A DNA stretch of 63,940 nucleotides, counting the filler, from Deltaproteobacteria bacterium (lineage in GTDB: Bacteria > JAUYMQ01), in NCBI GenBank assembly GCA_030698575.1. It is 10 parts of 10 records of this genome, joined end to end, with 100 filler letters (N's around TTAATTAATTAA, not from the genome) between each part and the next. Parts side by side here need not be neighbours in the genome. Positions count along the whole stretch, not along the records: positions 1 to 19,450 come from JAUYMQ010000599.1; 9 more parts are not named here. One strand, 5' to 3'. The notes under the pieces are model-generated. The model was not told where the DNA came from and made no database searches. It saw only the letters and a list, made by a program, of their open reading frames with translations. How positions within the stretch are numbered: position 1 is the stretch's first letter; the number at the start of each line of letters is the position of its first letter. The position numbers and the translations under genes are program-made. Shown here piece after piece: positions 1-9,367 of the stretch.

Positions 1-1429
1 GATCGACGCCGATCTGGAAGCGCACCTGGAGGAACAGATCGTCCCGGTGACTATCCATCAGGTCGTCGAGGAAGAAGGGCCTGTCGAACTCGGTGTGCTG
101 GTACTGGAGCCGCACGAGCATCATCTCGCTCTGGTGGAACGTCAGCCAGGTGGCCGCCGCCCAGGCCTGATCTCCCGCAAACGTTCCGTCGATGGGCTGC
201 ACGTAGTCGAATCGCGTGCCGGCCGACCACTTGGGATGGAACCGGTAGTCCACGAGCGAGTAGAGCCCCCAGCCGTCTTGCCCCGAGCCCCAGCGCGATC
301 TTTCGAGGTCCACGAGCAGATCGGCGATTTCCGCGTCGTCCAGCTCTCCCAGGAGCGACGCTACTTCCTCGGGCGATTCAACTCCAAGGACGTCCATGAG
401 AGAGATGTTGGTGTTGCTGCGCCGGCTCGCATACATGAACTCGCTCTGCCACAGGAGCTTCTTCGAACCCGGCATGAAGCGCGTGAGCGTCAGATCAACT
501 CCCGCGAGGTGCGCGTAGCGGTCGGAGTCTTCCTGGCTGGGGCCCGCCATAAGCGAGCCGCCGAGCTCGAGGCCGGTGCTGTCGTCGAGGTCGAAATAGG
601 ATTTCAGGTGGGTGTTGACGACGGGCCTGTTCTTCCCGGCGCAGAAGATCCGGCACTCGTCCTCGGGGTCACCGCCGTTCACGAACTCGATCGTGCCTTC
701 CAGGAAACCATCCCAGGGGTTCGGTATGAGCCGCTGGAGCCGGACGCCGGTATGCGAGAATCCCTCGGGACCCAGGAAGTCCTGGATCACGAGCGGCTCG
801 GTGACCATGGGAAGGGCGTTCAGATCGACAAGGTTCAGCTTTCCGAACTTTGACCGGAACTTGCCCACCTGTCCCTTCAGGGCGTAGGGGATGTCGAATC
901 GCGTCAGGAAGGCTTCCTCGATCTCGATTCCCTCGTCCTCGTTCAGCACGACGGCGAAGTCGGCGCGGCTGTAAGGATCGACGTACCCGCCGAAGACCAG
1001 CTCCAGCTCCCTGAAGCTGAACTGATCGCTCCCCGCGAGGCCGCTGTTCTCCGTCGTGGCGTTGCCGACCACGTCGCCCACCACGCCGATTTCCGGATTG
1101 AGCGAGGCCAGGCCTGAGGCGGGCGGCGGCACGGGAGGCGGCGTCGTGGACGGCGCCTGCGAGGCGGGGCCGGGAGGGCCGCCCGGACCGGGATAGGGAG
1201 CCGATACGAGAGGCTGCATGCGGGGCGTTTGCTGGAGTGCCCCGATGAGCTTCGACTGTTCCTCGACTGTCACCGCGAGTGTGCGGACAGTTTCGCGAAG
1301 CTCCGCCATCTCTTCCTGAACGCTTTTCTCCGCCGCGCCGCCCGCGGCGGCCGTTTCCGCCGCCGAGGCGGGCGCCAGCGGGTAAAGGGCGCTCAGGCTC
1401 CAAAGAACTGCCAGTGATGTCATGCGCAT
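1..1429 (-). CDS. Outer-membrane beta-barrel protein of the 'zinc-regulated TonB-dependent receptor'/metal-uptake porin type; 3' end runs off the window and it is missing from the ORF track
   Basis: Manual translation from ATG 1429 (SD GGAGAG) is open to base 2: signal peptide MRMTSLAVLWSLSALYPLAPASA, coiled coil, Pro-rich linker, then LNPEIGVVGD..FSFRELELVFGGYVDPY..EIEEAF..GKFRSKFGKLN and terminal strand DLFLQVRFQIGVD. Confidence 0.75.
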   Translation of the reverse strand, partial: MRMTSLAVLWSLSALYPLAPASAAETAAAGGAAEKSVQEEMAELRETVRTLAVTVEEQSKLIGALQQTPRMQPLVSAPYPGPGGPPGPASQAPSTTPPPVPPPASGLASLNPEIGVVGDVVGNATTENSGLAGSDQFSFRELELVFGGYVDPYSRADFAVVLNEDEGIEIEEAFLTRFDIPYALKGQVGKFRSKFGKLNLVDLNALPMVTEPLVIQDFLGPEGFSHTGVRLQRLIPNPWDGFLEGTIEFVNGGDPEDECRIFCAGKNRPVVNTHLKSYFDLDDSTGLELGGSLMAGPSQEDSDRYAHLAGVDLTLTRFMPGSKKLLWQSEFMYASRRSNTNISLMDVLGVESPEEVASLLGELDDAEIADLLVDLERSRWGSGQDGWGLYSLVDYRFHPKWSAGTRFDYVQPIDGTFAGDQAWAAATWLTFHQSEMMLVRLQYQHTEFDRPFFLDDLMDSHRDDLFLQVRFQIGVD

Positions 1430-1434
1430 GACGT

Positions 1435-1578
1435 TCTCTCTCCGGCGCGGCGCCAGATAGCCTGACGCGCGTTGCCGCAGGGGCCGCCGCCCGGCGCGCC
1501 AGCGCCGCCGGACCGGACCCGGTTCGGGGCAGTGATCCCTGACGGGAGACTCGAGGGGTGCTTCTAGAGGGAGAGAGA
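1435..1578 (-). promoter_or_regulatory. Putative SD/anti-SD translational switch
   Basis: mRNA UCUCUCUCC (1578-1570, immediately after the RGPP codons at 1590-1579) is perfectly complementary to GGAGAGAGA (1443-1435), the SD region of the ATG at 1429. Confidence 0.6.
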
Positions 1579-1911
1579 CGGAGGACCACGGGTGGTTCGT
1601 TGCGTGGGGAAGAGGCTCGGAACATCCAGGCGGACCGTGGTCCAGGGGAGGGCCGCAGCGTCGATGGAAGCGACAATCCGCGGGGCGTGTCCCAGCACGC
1701 CGTTGACGGCGTGCGTCCAGGCGCATCCGCGGCAGTCGAACTGCGCCGCGCCCGCCTCGCCGCCGTGCTGGTGGAGGGCGCTCGCGTCGACGGTCAGGAA
1801 CGCCAGGAGCGCGGCCAGCCCGAGGGCAATCGCCGCCAGGCCGCGCCGCCGTGCGGGACGGGGGCCGACTTTCACGGGCCTTCCTGTGGTGTGAAGCGAA
1901 TGCCGGGGCAC
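1564..1911 (-). CDS. DUF2946/CruR-like leader protein (TM or signal segment, HxH, CxxC, C-terminal RGPP)
   Basis: Hydrophobic segment, then ALHQH..DCRGC..H..H and C-terminus TTRGPPSLSL; lies directly upstream of the outer-membrane protein gene. Confidence 0.7.
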   Translation of the reverse strand: MPRHSLHTTGRPVKVGPRPARRRGLAAIALGLAALLAFLTVDASALHQHGGEAGAAQFDCRGCAWTHAVNGVLGHAPRIVASIDAAALPWTTVRLDVPSLFPTQRTTRGPPSLSL

Positions 1912-2084
1912 TTGCTGGCACTCCTTTTTTCGCGCGCCAGAGCGTAGCGGCGATGGCCTGGAGGTGTCAATAGGCCGGTTGCAGCCGCCATGCGCTTATC
2001 GTCGCCGCCCGCGCCGGACCTGAGCGGGCCCCTTCTCGGCGAAAGCCAGGCCGAGCGCTCGCTCGGCCGGATTCAGCGGTTCGG

Positions 2085-2630
2085 TCAGGTGTGTTCCTCT
2101 TCGTCTCCTGGATTCTCGCGCTGCTTGCGCCCCATCTCCGCAGGCAGCGAGACCTCGCCGGTCGCCTCGAAGGGAACCGCCTTGCTGCCGAGCCAGGAGC
2201 CCACCTCGAGCGAGGAGCGGAAGTCATAGCTGAGCGCCATGCGGTTCATCCCCCGCTGGATCACTTCCACGAAATTGCCGAACCCCACCTCGACCGGGAT
2301 TGTGATCACCTGCTCGCTCCGCGCGCCTATTTCCCGGGGACCGCCGGAGGGACCCGCGGGGATTTCAACGCCGTTCAGCGAAAGCTGGTAGCGCCACTCG
2401 CGTATCGTAATGCGGAACGGGTTCGGATTGTGAATGCGGACCCTGAGCGAGAGGGTGAGCCCCTTGAGCGATACGTCGGAGACCTCGGCGCCGTCGAAGT
2501 GCAGCGTGGGGCGGTCGAAGAACGGGGCCCCGAGTCGGCCGAGCGGGCCCAGGCGGTCGCAGCCCGAAAGGGCCAGCAGGAGGAGGGCCGCGAGCGGAAT
2601 CAAGACGCGCCGATCAGCGAAGCTTCTCAT
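2085..2630 (-). CDS. LEA type 2 / WHy-domain lipoprotein
   Basis: Lipobox LALSGC; motif LRVRIHNPNPF.I.I....YQLSLNG. Confidence 0.8.
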   Translation of the reverse strand: MRSFADRRVLIPLAALLLLALSGCDRLGPLGRLGAPFFDRPTLHFDGAEVSDVSLKGLTLSLRVRIHNPNPFRITIREWRYQLSLNGVEIPAGPSGGPREIGARSEQVITIPVEVGFGNFVEVIQRGMNRMALSYDFRSSLEVGSWLGSKAVPFEATGEVSLPAEMGRKQRENPGDEEEHT

Positions 2631-2660
2631 GCCAGGATGATCCCCTCATGCGGGGCAAAT

Positions 2661-3482
2661 TCAATCGGCGGGCCGGCCACTGCGCGCACGTGTCCGCCGG
2701 ATGATCTCCAGCATCGCGCCCTGGATCTTGCCGTTCGAGGCGACGATCAGGCGGCCGTCGATCTCGTTCGGGCGCCCCTCGAAGTCGGTGACCACGCCTC
2801 CGGCCTCGCGCACAATGAGTCCGCCGGCGGCCACGTCCCAGGGAGAGAGCTGCATCTCCCAGAAACCGTCGAAGCGCCCCATCGCCGTGTAGCAGAGGTT
2901 CAGTTCGGCGCTGCCGTCCCGGCGTACCGCCTGCGCCTCCATCATGAAGGCTTCGAAGTAGTCGAGGTTGTTGTCGGGATTCTCGCGGATGTCGTAGGCG
3001 AACCCGGTGGCGAGGAGCGAGTGGAGGACGTCCGTCCGGGCGCTCACGCGGATGGGACGGCCGTTCAACGTGGCGCCGCCGCCCAGCACAGCCACGAATT
3101 CCTCGTCGAGCACCGGGTCGAGAACCACGCCGAGCAGCACCCGCCCGGATTGCTCGAGCGCGATGGCGACGCAGAAGCGCGGGTAGCCGTGGGCGTAATT
3201 CGTCGTTCCGTCGAGCGGGTCTACAATCCAGCGGTACTCAGAATCCGATTCCCTGGAATAGCCTTCCTCGGCGAGGATTCGGTGATCGGGAAAAGCGGCA
3301 TGCAGGTGATCGACCACGGCGCGCTCGCAACGGTGATCGACCTCGGTGACGAGATTGATGTCCCCCTTCCGGCTCACTTCGATGGACGCGCCGTAGGAGT
3401 CGAGCTGGATCCGGCCGGCGAGGCGCGCGGCGGCTCGGGCCTCGCTGACAAAGCGCGCGAACTGCCGCTGATCGGCGCCCAC
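2661..3482 (-). CDS. suhB: Inositol monophosphatase family protein
   Basis: LVTEVD, WIVDPLDGTTNYAHG, RRDGSAELNLC, WDVAAG motifs. Confidence 0.93.
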   Translation of the reverse strand: MGADQRQFARFVSEARAAARLAGRIQLDSYGASIEVSRKGDINLVTEVDHRCERAVVDHLHAAFPDHRILAEEGYSRESDSEYRWIVDPLDGTTNYAHGYPRFCVAIALEQSGRVLLGVVLDPVLDEEFVAVLGGGATLNGRPIRVSARTDVLHSLLATGFAYDIRENPDNNLDYFEAFMMEAQAVRRDGSAELNLCYTAMGRFDGFWEMQLSPWDVAAGGLIVREAGGVVTDFEGRPNEIDGRLIVASNGKIQGAMLEIIRRTRARSGRPAD

Positions 3483-4874
3483 CTAGCCGACCTCGTCGAG
3501 GGGACGAAAGCGGAAGCGCACGCCGAGTTCTTCCTCGGCGATGCGGCGGCAGGCCTCGACGTCGACACCGGGCAGCCCCACGGCAGTCGCCTGCACGTCG
3601 GGGATATGCGCCCGCGCCAGGCGGATGAACTCCTTCACCTTCGGGTACGCCTCGGTCTTGTAGCGCGAGGGGCAGTAACGCGCGTAGGTCTCGGCGTCCT
3701 GCGCGTTGAGCGAGACCGAAACTGAATCGACGAGCCCCTCCAGCTCGGGGGTGATGTCCCTTCCGTGGACGAGGCTGCCGAGCCCGTCCGTGTTGAGCCG
3801 TACCTTGTGGCCACGCGCCTTGAGCCCGAGGGCGATCGCCTTCAGCTCTTCGAGCTTGAGCGTCGGCTCGCCGTAGCCGCAGAAGACCACCTCATCCGGC
3901 CGCGCTTCGGCCGTGGCCTGGTCGACCTCGGCGAGTACCACGTCGGGGTCGGGCCCCTTGGCGCCGATCTTCAGGAAGTACCCCTTCACCATGAAGTCCT
4001 CGAACTTGGGGCAGAAGGTGCAGGCGAGCGTGCAGCGGTTCGTCAGATTGACGTAGAGGCTGTTGCGAATGCGGTAGGTGATGCGCGGCTCGAGCGTTGG
4101 ATCGAGGCCGAAGAGCCTGCGCGCGTTGAGCGAGGTGATGCGCGCCACGTCCTCGAAGCTGAGCTTCTTCAACTCGGCGATCTTCTGCGCCACCAGCGAC
4201 ACGAAGGCCGGCTCGTTGCGCTTGCCCCGGTGGGGCGCGGGCGTGAGATAAGGGCAGTCGGTTTCGATGACGAGCTTCTCGATCGGCACCTTCTCCACAA
4301 TTTCACGGAGGTCGGCGGCGTTCCGGAAGGTCACGACACCGGAAATCGAAAGGTAGAGCCCGAGATCCAGGCAGCTCCGCGCCATGTCGTAGTCGCCGGA
4401 GAAGCAGTGCATGACGCCGCCGGGATACTCGTTTCGCATCTCGCGCAGGATCGCGACCGTGTCATCCTTGGCCTCCCGGCTGTGCACCACCACGGGCTTT
4501 CCGAGTTCACCGCCAAGCGCGAGGAACTCCCGAAACCTCGCCTGCTGCTCCTCCCTGGGCGAGTGCATGTAGTGGTAGTCGAGGCCGATTTCACCCACCC
4601 CAACGACTTTCGGGTCCTCCGACAAGTCCCGGTACTCCGGATTGGCCTCGAGCGACCACTCCTTGGCCTCGTGCGGATGCACGCCGATGGTGGCGAAGAC
4701 GCGCTCGTTGTCGCGGGCGAGCGCAAGCGCCCGGCGCGCGCCTTCGGGACCCTCGCCGGAGCCCACCACGACCATCCAGTCGAGGCCGGCCTCCCAGGCG
4801 CGCGAGAGCACCTCGCTGCGATCCTGGTCGAAGCGTGCGACGTCCACGTGGCTATGTGTATCGACGAGCGGCAT
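3483..4874 (-). CDS. tatD: TatD hydrolase fused to a TatD-associated radical SAM domain
   Basis: N-terminal DTHSH, GVHPH, GEIGLD, HCFSG, ETDCPYL; C-terminal YVNLTNRCTLACTFC (CxxxCxxC) and EVVFCGYGEPT; start placed at MPLVDTH (4874). Confidence 0.9.
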   Translation of the reverse strand: MPLVDTHSHVDVARFDQDRSEVLSRAWEAGLDWMVVVGSGEGPEGARRALALARDNERVFATIGVHPHEAKEWSLEANPEYRDLSEDPKVVGVGEIGLDYHYMHSPREEQQARFREFLALGGELGKPVVVHSREAKDDTVAILREMRNEYPGGVMHCFSGDYDMARSCLDLGLYLSISGVVTFRNAADLREIVEKVPIEKLVIETDCPYLTPAPHRGKRNEPAFVSLVAQKIAELKKLSFEDVARITSLNARRLFGLDPTLEPRITYRIRNSLYVNLTNRCTLACTFCPKFEDFMVKGYFLKIGAKGPDPDVVLAEVDQATAEARPDEVVFCGYGEPTLKLEELKAIALGLKARGHKVRLNTDGLGSLVHGRDITPELEGLVDSVSVSLNAQDAETYARYCPSRYKTEAYPKVKEFIRLARAHIPDVQATAVGLPGVDVEACRRIAEEELGVRFRFRPLDEVG

Positions 4875-4899
4875 GCGGCAGATGATAGCGGACGGCCCC

Positions 4900-6486
4900 T
4901 TACTTGGCATCCACGGGAGGAAGGATCTCGAGGCGCGGGAACAGCGGGTCGCCCTTGGTCACGCGCCCCTGCTCGGGAAACTTGAAGAAGTCGAGATCGG
5001 AATCGATCCGCTGCGCGTCCACCGAGCCGGGAAGCCCGAGCTGCGACCAGATGCTGGCGGCGGCGCCGGGCATGACGGGTTGAATGAGGATGGCCAGGAT
5101 CCGCAGCGTCTCTGCGCAGACATAGAGGATGTCGGCCACCTCGTCCGCGCGCGCGGGATCCTTCGCGATCTGGAAAGGCTTGCGTGCCGCGATGAAGCTG
5201 TCGAGGGCCGCGACGATGCGCCAGGCCTGCTCCAATGCGCGGCTCGGCAGCATCTCGTCCATCCCCCGCCTGTAGCCCTCGAGCGCGTCCCCCATATGGC
5301 TGTTGTTGATGAACGACTCCGACGCCTCGCGCACGGTCGGGGTCTTGCGTACGATCCCCACCTGGTACCGCACGATCATCGCCGTCGTGCGCGCGAGAAG
5401 ATTGCCGATCCCGTTCGCGAGATCGGCGTTGCAGCGGTCCTGCACGCGCTCCCAGGTGAAGTCGCCGTCGCGGTCGAAGGGGACCTCCGCCATGAGGAAG
5501 TAGCGCAGCGCATCGACGCCGACCTTCTCCGCGACCTCGACGGGGTCGAGCACCGTCCCGAGAGTCTTCGACATCTTGGCGCCCTGGAGGTTCACGAAGC
5601 CGTGGGCGTGGACCTTGAGGGGCGGCTCGAGGCCCGCGCTCCAGAGCAGTGCCGGCCAGATGATGCAGTGAAAGCGGGTGATATCCTTGCCGATCACATG
5701 CACGTCGGCGGGCCAGGTTTTCCTGAATCGCTCCTCATCCGTCCCGTAACCGGCTCCGGTGATGTAGTTGATGAGCGCGTCCACCCAGACATAGGCGACG
5801 GACCAATCGTCAAAGGGGAGGGGGATCCCCCATTTTACGCCCGCCCTCGAGATCGAAACGTCCTGCAGGCCGCCCCGGATCACATTCAGGATCTCGTTGC
5901 GGCGCATCTCCGGCTGAATGAAGCCGGGGTTCTTCTTCGTGATGTACTCGATCAGTTGGTCCTGGAACTTCGACAGCTTGAAGAACCAGTTCTGCTCGCG
6001 GATCCACTCGGGCTTGGTGCCGTGCGTCGGGCAGTTACCGCCTGCCAGGTCTTTTTCCTGGTAGAAGGCTTCGCAGGAAACGCAGTACCACCCTTCGTAG
6101 TGACCCTTGTAGATGTCGCCCTTGCCGTTGTCGTATATCGCCTGGAGGAACTTCCTGACGGCGTTCTTGTGAACCTCGTCGGTGGTTCGGATGAAGCGGT
6201 CGTAGGAGATTTCCAGCCGGCGCCATGTCGCCTCGAAGCGCTCCGCCATCTCGTCGCAGTAGGCCTGGGGGTCTTTCCCCAGTTCCCGCGCACGCTTCTC
6301 GACGTTCAGTGAGTGCTCGTCATTTCCCATGAGGAAATAGACGTCGTCGCCGCGCAGCCGGCGGTAGCGCGCGATCACGTCGGCGCCGATCTTCTCGTAG
6401 GCCGTGCCGAGGTGGGGCGTGGAGTTCGCGTAGTCGATCGCGGTGGTGATGAAGAACTTTTTTCCGCTGCCTGTGGGCATGGTCAT
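4900..6486 (-). CDS. metG: Methionyl-tRNA synthetase (short form without C-terminal tRNA-binding domain)
   Basis: ITTAIDYAN..HLGTAYE (HIGH-like), YCVSCE Zn knuckle, YVWVDAL, GKDITRFH, KMSKT. Confidence 0.96.
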   Translation of the reverse strand: MTMPTGSGKKFFITTAIDYANSTPHLGTAYEKIGADVIARYRRLRGDDVYFLMGNDEHSLNVEKRARELGKDPQAYCDEMAERFEATWRRLEISYDRFIRTTDEVHKNAVRKFLQAIYDNGKGDIYKGHYEGWYCVSCEAFYQEKDLAGGNCPTHGTKPEWIREQNWFFKLSKFQDQLIEYITKKNPGFIQPEMRRNEILNVIRGGLQDVSISRAGVKWGIPLPFDDWSVAYVWVDALINYITGAGYGTDEERFRKTWPADVHVIGKDITRFHCIIWPALLWSAGLEPPLKVHAHGFVNLQGAKMSKTLGTVLDPVEVAEKVGVDALRYFLMAEVPFDRDGDFTWERVQDRCNADLANGIGNLLARTTAMIVRYQVGIVRKTPTVREASESFINNSHMGDALEGYRRGMDEMLPSRALEQAWRIVAALDSFIAARKPFQIAKDPARADEVADILYVCAETLRILAILIQPVMPGAAASIWSQLGLPGSVDAQRIDSDLDFFKFPEQGRVTKGDPLFPRLEILPPVDAK

Positions 6487-7532
6487 GCCTCCCGGCGCGC
6501 GACAGCGCCGCCGGCGTTACGCCCCGGCCGGCCCTCGGGGCCCGCGAGATCGGCGAAGAGCCCCTGCAGGGCGAGGGCCGGCGTCACGTTCCGCCGGATG
6601 TCCTGCTGGGCTCGCAGGATGCGCGTGAAGGCGCGGGCTGCGCGGTCTGCGGCGCCGGGGACTCTCGCTTCGTCTTGCATCGCCCTGACTCGATCGCGGT
6701 GCGCGAGATCGGACTCGAGCCCGCCCGAGGCCAGCACCATCACGTCATGCGCCTTGAGCAGGAGGAGATCAAGAACCGCGAGCGCCCGGGCTCGTCCTTC
6801 CTCGGTGCCCCGCACTCCCTCGGCCCAGGCAAGCGCCGGCCCAAGAACGCCCGATTGGGCCGCGCCCTCAACCTCGAAGAGCGCGTCGCGATCAGGGAGC
6901 GCTCCGGCCTTACCGAGCGCCAGCGCACGCCCGAGGCTGCCGCGGGCGATTCCGGCGAGAAGATCCACCTGCTTCGGATCGATGTCCGCTCGCGCGGCCA
7001 GCGCTCTCCGGAGCGGCGCGTCCGGGATGGGGCCGAAGCCGACGCTCTGGCATCGCGAGAGAATTGTGCCGACGAGCGCGCTCGGGCGCGCGGTGACGAG
7101 AATGAACACGGTGCCCGCACCCGGCTCCTCGAGCGTTTTCAGGAACGCGTGCTGGGCGTCGAACGAAAGCGCGTCGGCCGGATCGACGATGGCGACCCGC
7201 TGGCGGCCGCCGTGGGAAGCAAGCTGGAGCTCCGCCTCGATGGCGTGAAAACGATCGATCGGAATGCGACTCTTTCCCTCGGGGATCTCGAGCACGTGCA
7301 GATCGGGATGGGTGCCAGCGCCGAAGCGAACACAGGATGCGCAACTACCACAGGCCTCCTCGCCGGCGGGATCATCGCAGAGAAGGGCCGCCGCGAAGGC
7401 GTCGGCGGCGCGTCGCTTGCCCACACCCCCGGGCCCCTGGAAGAGATAGGCGTGCGCCACCCGCCCCGCGCGTGTGGCGCGCCGAAGGATCTCGAGGGGC
7501 CGCTCTTGCCCAAGGATGTCGGAGAACCGCAT
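6483..7532 (-). CDS. holB: DNA polymerase III delta' subunit
   Basis: HAYLFQGPGGVGK, CGSCASC Zn module, HPDL, LKTLEEP, TILSRCQ; 4-nt overlap with metG. Confidence 0.92.
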   Translation of the reverse strand: MRFSDILGQERPLEILRRATRAGRVAHAYLFQGPGGVGKRRAADAFAAALLCDDPAGEEACGSCASCVRFGAGTHPDLHVLEIPEGKSRIPIDRFHAIEAELQLASHGGRQRVAIVDPADALSFDAQHAFLKTLEEPGAGTVFILVTARPSALVGTILSRCQSVGFGPIPDAPLRRALAARADIDPKQVDLLAGIARGSLGRALALGKAGALPDRDALFEVEGAAQSGVLGPALAWAEGVRGTEEGRARALAVLDLLLLKAHDVMVLASGGLESDLAHRDRVRAMQDEARVPGAADRAARAFTRILRAQQDIRRNVTPALALQGLFADLAGPEGRPGRNAGGAVARREA

Positions 7533-7698
7533 GGGTGTCCTCGAACTGCGCCCCGGGGGGCGCCGCGCGGGGCGCGCTGTTTCGCTGCGAACGCCGGCAG
7601 GAGGGTGGCGGTCAGAAGGTCAAACTATCATAATGGATCCAGTTTTCCCGCCCCACCGCGGCGCGCAGCGTGCCCGGTAACCGAGCCGAAGCACCCAC

Positions 7699-8382
7699 GT
7701 GATTCCCATCAAGGACGAGAACCCGAGCCGTTCCGCGCCGATCGTCACGGTGATCCTGATCGTCGTGAACGTCGCCGTCTACCTCTGGCAGGCGTCAGTG
7801 GGCCCGGAAGAGGAGTACGGAATCCTCCGCTGGGGGCTCACGCCGATCGAGCTCCGCGGGCTTTTCACCTATGCGCACGGTTCCTTCAGCGCCCAGCCCA
7901 TCGTGACGCTCTTCAGCTCGATGTTCCTCCACGGCCACCTGCTTCACCTGGCGGGGAACATGCTCTTCCTCTGGATCTTCGGGAACAACGTGGAGGACAC
8001 GCTCGGCCATTTTCGCTTCGTGCTTTTCTATCTCATAACCGGGGTGGCCGGGGCGCTGACGCAGGTTTTCACGACGGCGGATCCGACGGTTTCGATGATC
8101 GGCGCGAGCGGGGCCATCTCGGGGGTGCTGGGCGCATACCTCGTGCTTCACCCCTTTGCGCGCATCGTCACCCTCGTGCCGCTCTTCTTCTACTTCACGG
8201 TCGTGCGCATTCCCGCTTTTTTCTTCCTCATCTTCTGGTTCCTTATCCAGATCCTGGGCGGCGTCGCGGCCCAGGGCGCCAAGGGCGGGGGTGTCGCCTT
8301 TCTCGCGCACGTCGGGGGCTTCGTCGCGGGGATTATCCTGGTGCGCCCGCTCGCCCGCCAGAAGATTCCGCGGGCGCGGTGA
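7699..8382 (+). CDS. Rhomboid intramembrane serine protease
   Basis: MIPIKDENP start, SMFLHG..HLAGNM, GASGAISG, AHVGGF. Confidence 0.93.
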   Translation: MIPIKDENPSRSAPIVTVILIVVNVAVYLWQASVGPEEEYGILRWGLTPIELRGLFTYAHGSFSAQPIVTLFSSMFLHGHLLHLAGNMLFLWIFGNNVEDTLGHFRFVLFYLITGVAGALTQVFTTADPTVSMIGASGAISGVLGAYLVLHPFARIVTLVPLFFYFTVVRIPAFFFLIFWFLIQILGGVAAQGAKGGGVAFLAHVGGFVAGIILVRPLARQKIPRAR

Positions 8383-8421
8383 ATCCTGCGCTGGCGCTGA
8401 TAGCCTCCGGGCCGGGCCCGA

Positions 8422-9195
8422 TCACGGCTTCGCGGTCTCCTTCGTTCTGTCGATCACCTTGAAATCCTTCGGGATCGTGAACGGCTGCTCGGGCAGCTTC
8501 TCGTTGACCTTGAAAACGGTCGGCTCGATGGTGTCCTTTACCTCGGTGCCGCGCCAGTTCGACACGAGGATGTTCTTAACGCCGATGTCGCCGTACGTCC
8601 AGATCTCGGAGGTGCCATCAGCGATCGGGATGACGTAGTGCTTTGTCTTGTGCCCCATCAGATCTTCCTCGGTGATGGTCGCCCCGATCTCGGTCAGCTC
8701 CTCGTCGGTGATGGTCACGAGCCGCTTTTGCAGTTCGGTCTTTTTCTCTTTCGAAAGATCGTCGCGCCGGATGAGGAAGCGCATCGTAGGCAGCCAGAAC
8801 TCGAAGCGCTGGGCGATGATCAGCGGCGCCATTTCCACCCTCGCCACGATGGCGCTCTTCAACGACGGTGCCATGGACGTCTGGACGCCTTCCACGTTGA
8901 AGTACGAGCCCTGATCATCGGACGTCCGGCCGGGGTCTCCGGGAATCTTCCGGACCATGTCGCGCACTCCCGCCATCCGCTTGTAAACGAGCGCGCCGTT
9001 CTCGAAAGTCTTTGTCTCGAGGAAGATCTGGCGCGTGCCCGTGATGTTGCCGTCGTAGGTCCACGTCACCTCGAGGGTCTTGAAATTGTAGCCCTCCGGC
9101 GCGCCGGAATAGGTCTCCCCGTTGCAGGCGACCAGGGTGACGGCGAGAAGGAATGGGATGAGCCGGTGAAGGCTGAAACGGGTGAGCCCGGGCAC
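8422..9195 (-). CDS. Hypothetical lipoprotein
   Basis: GTG start with AAGGAG SD; lipobox LVAC; no family recognised. Confidence 0.7.
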   Translation of the reverse strand: MPGLTRFSLHRLIPFLLAVTLVACNGETYSGAPEGYNFKTLEVTWTYDGNITGTRQIFLETKTFENGALVYKRMAGVRDMVRKIPGDPGRTSDDQGSYFNVEGVQTSMAPSLKSAIVARVEMAPLIIAQRFEFWLPTMRFLIRRDDLSKEKKTELQKRLVTITDEELTEIGATITEEDLMGHKTKHYVIPIADGTSEIWTYGDIGVKNILVSNWRGTEVKDTIEPTVFKVNEKLPEQPFTIPKDFKVIDRTKETAKP

Positions 9196-9310
9196 GTTTT
9201 TCTCCTTGCGATAGTTGTTCTCCGGTCGCTCCTGGCGCCGGAAGCTCGTGACGGTATCACCCGCCCTCGCGCACTGTCAACGAAACCGCCCGAACACGCG
9301 CCGCGTTCGG

Positions 9311-9345
9311 AAAGAGAAAAGCCCCCTCGCGAGAGGAGGCTTTTC
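9311..9345 (-). terminator. Rho-independent terminator of nrdJ
   Basis: Hairpin GAAAAGCC..CTC-GCGA-GAG..GGCTTTTC with a U-rich tail on the minus strand, just after the stop. Confidence 0.8.
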
Positions 9346-9367
9346 AAGGCTGGCGGACCCTGGAGCT

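Noticed and set aside
47-853. 268-aa plus-strand ORF and many other long overlapping ORFs (e.g. 2091-3725, 4642-6312, 21869-23518, 30406-32448, 46922-48343)
   Set aside because: Antisense or shadow frames of real genes in high-GC DNA, with no recognisable motifs.
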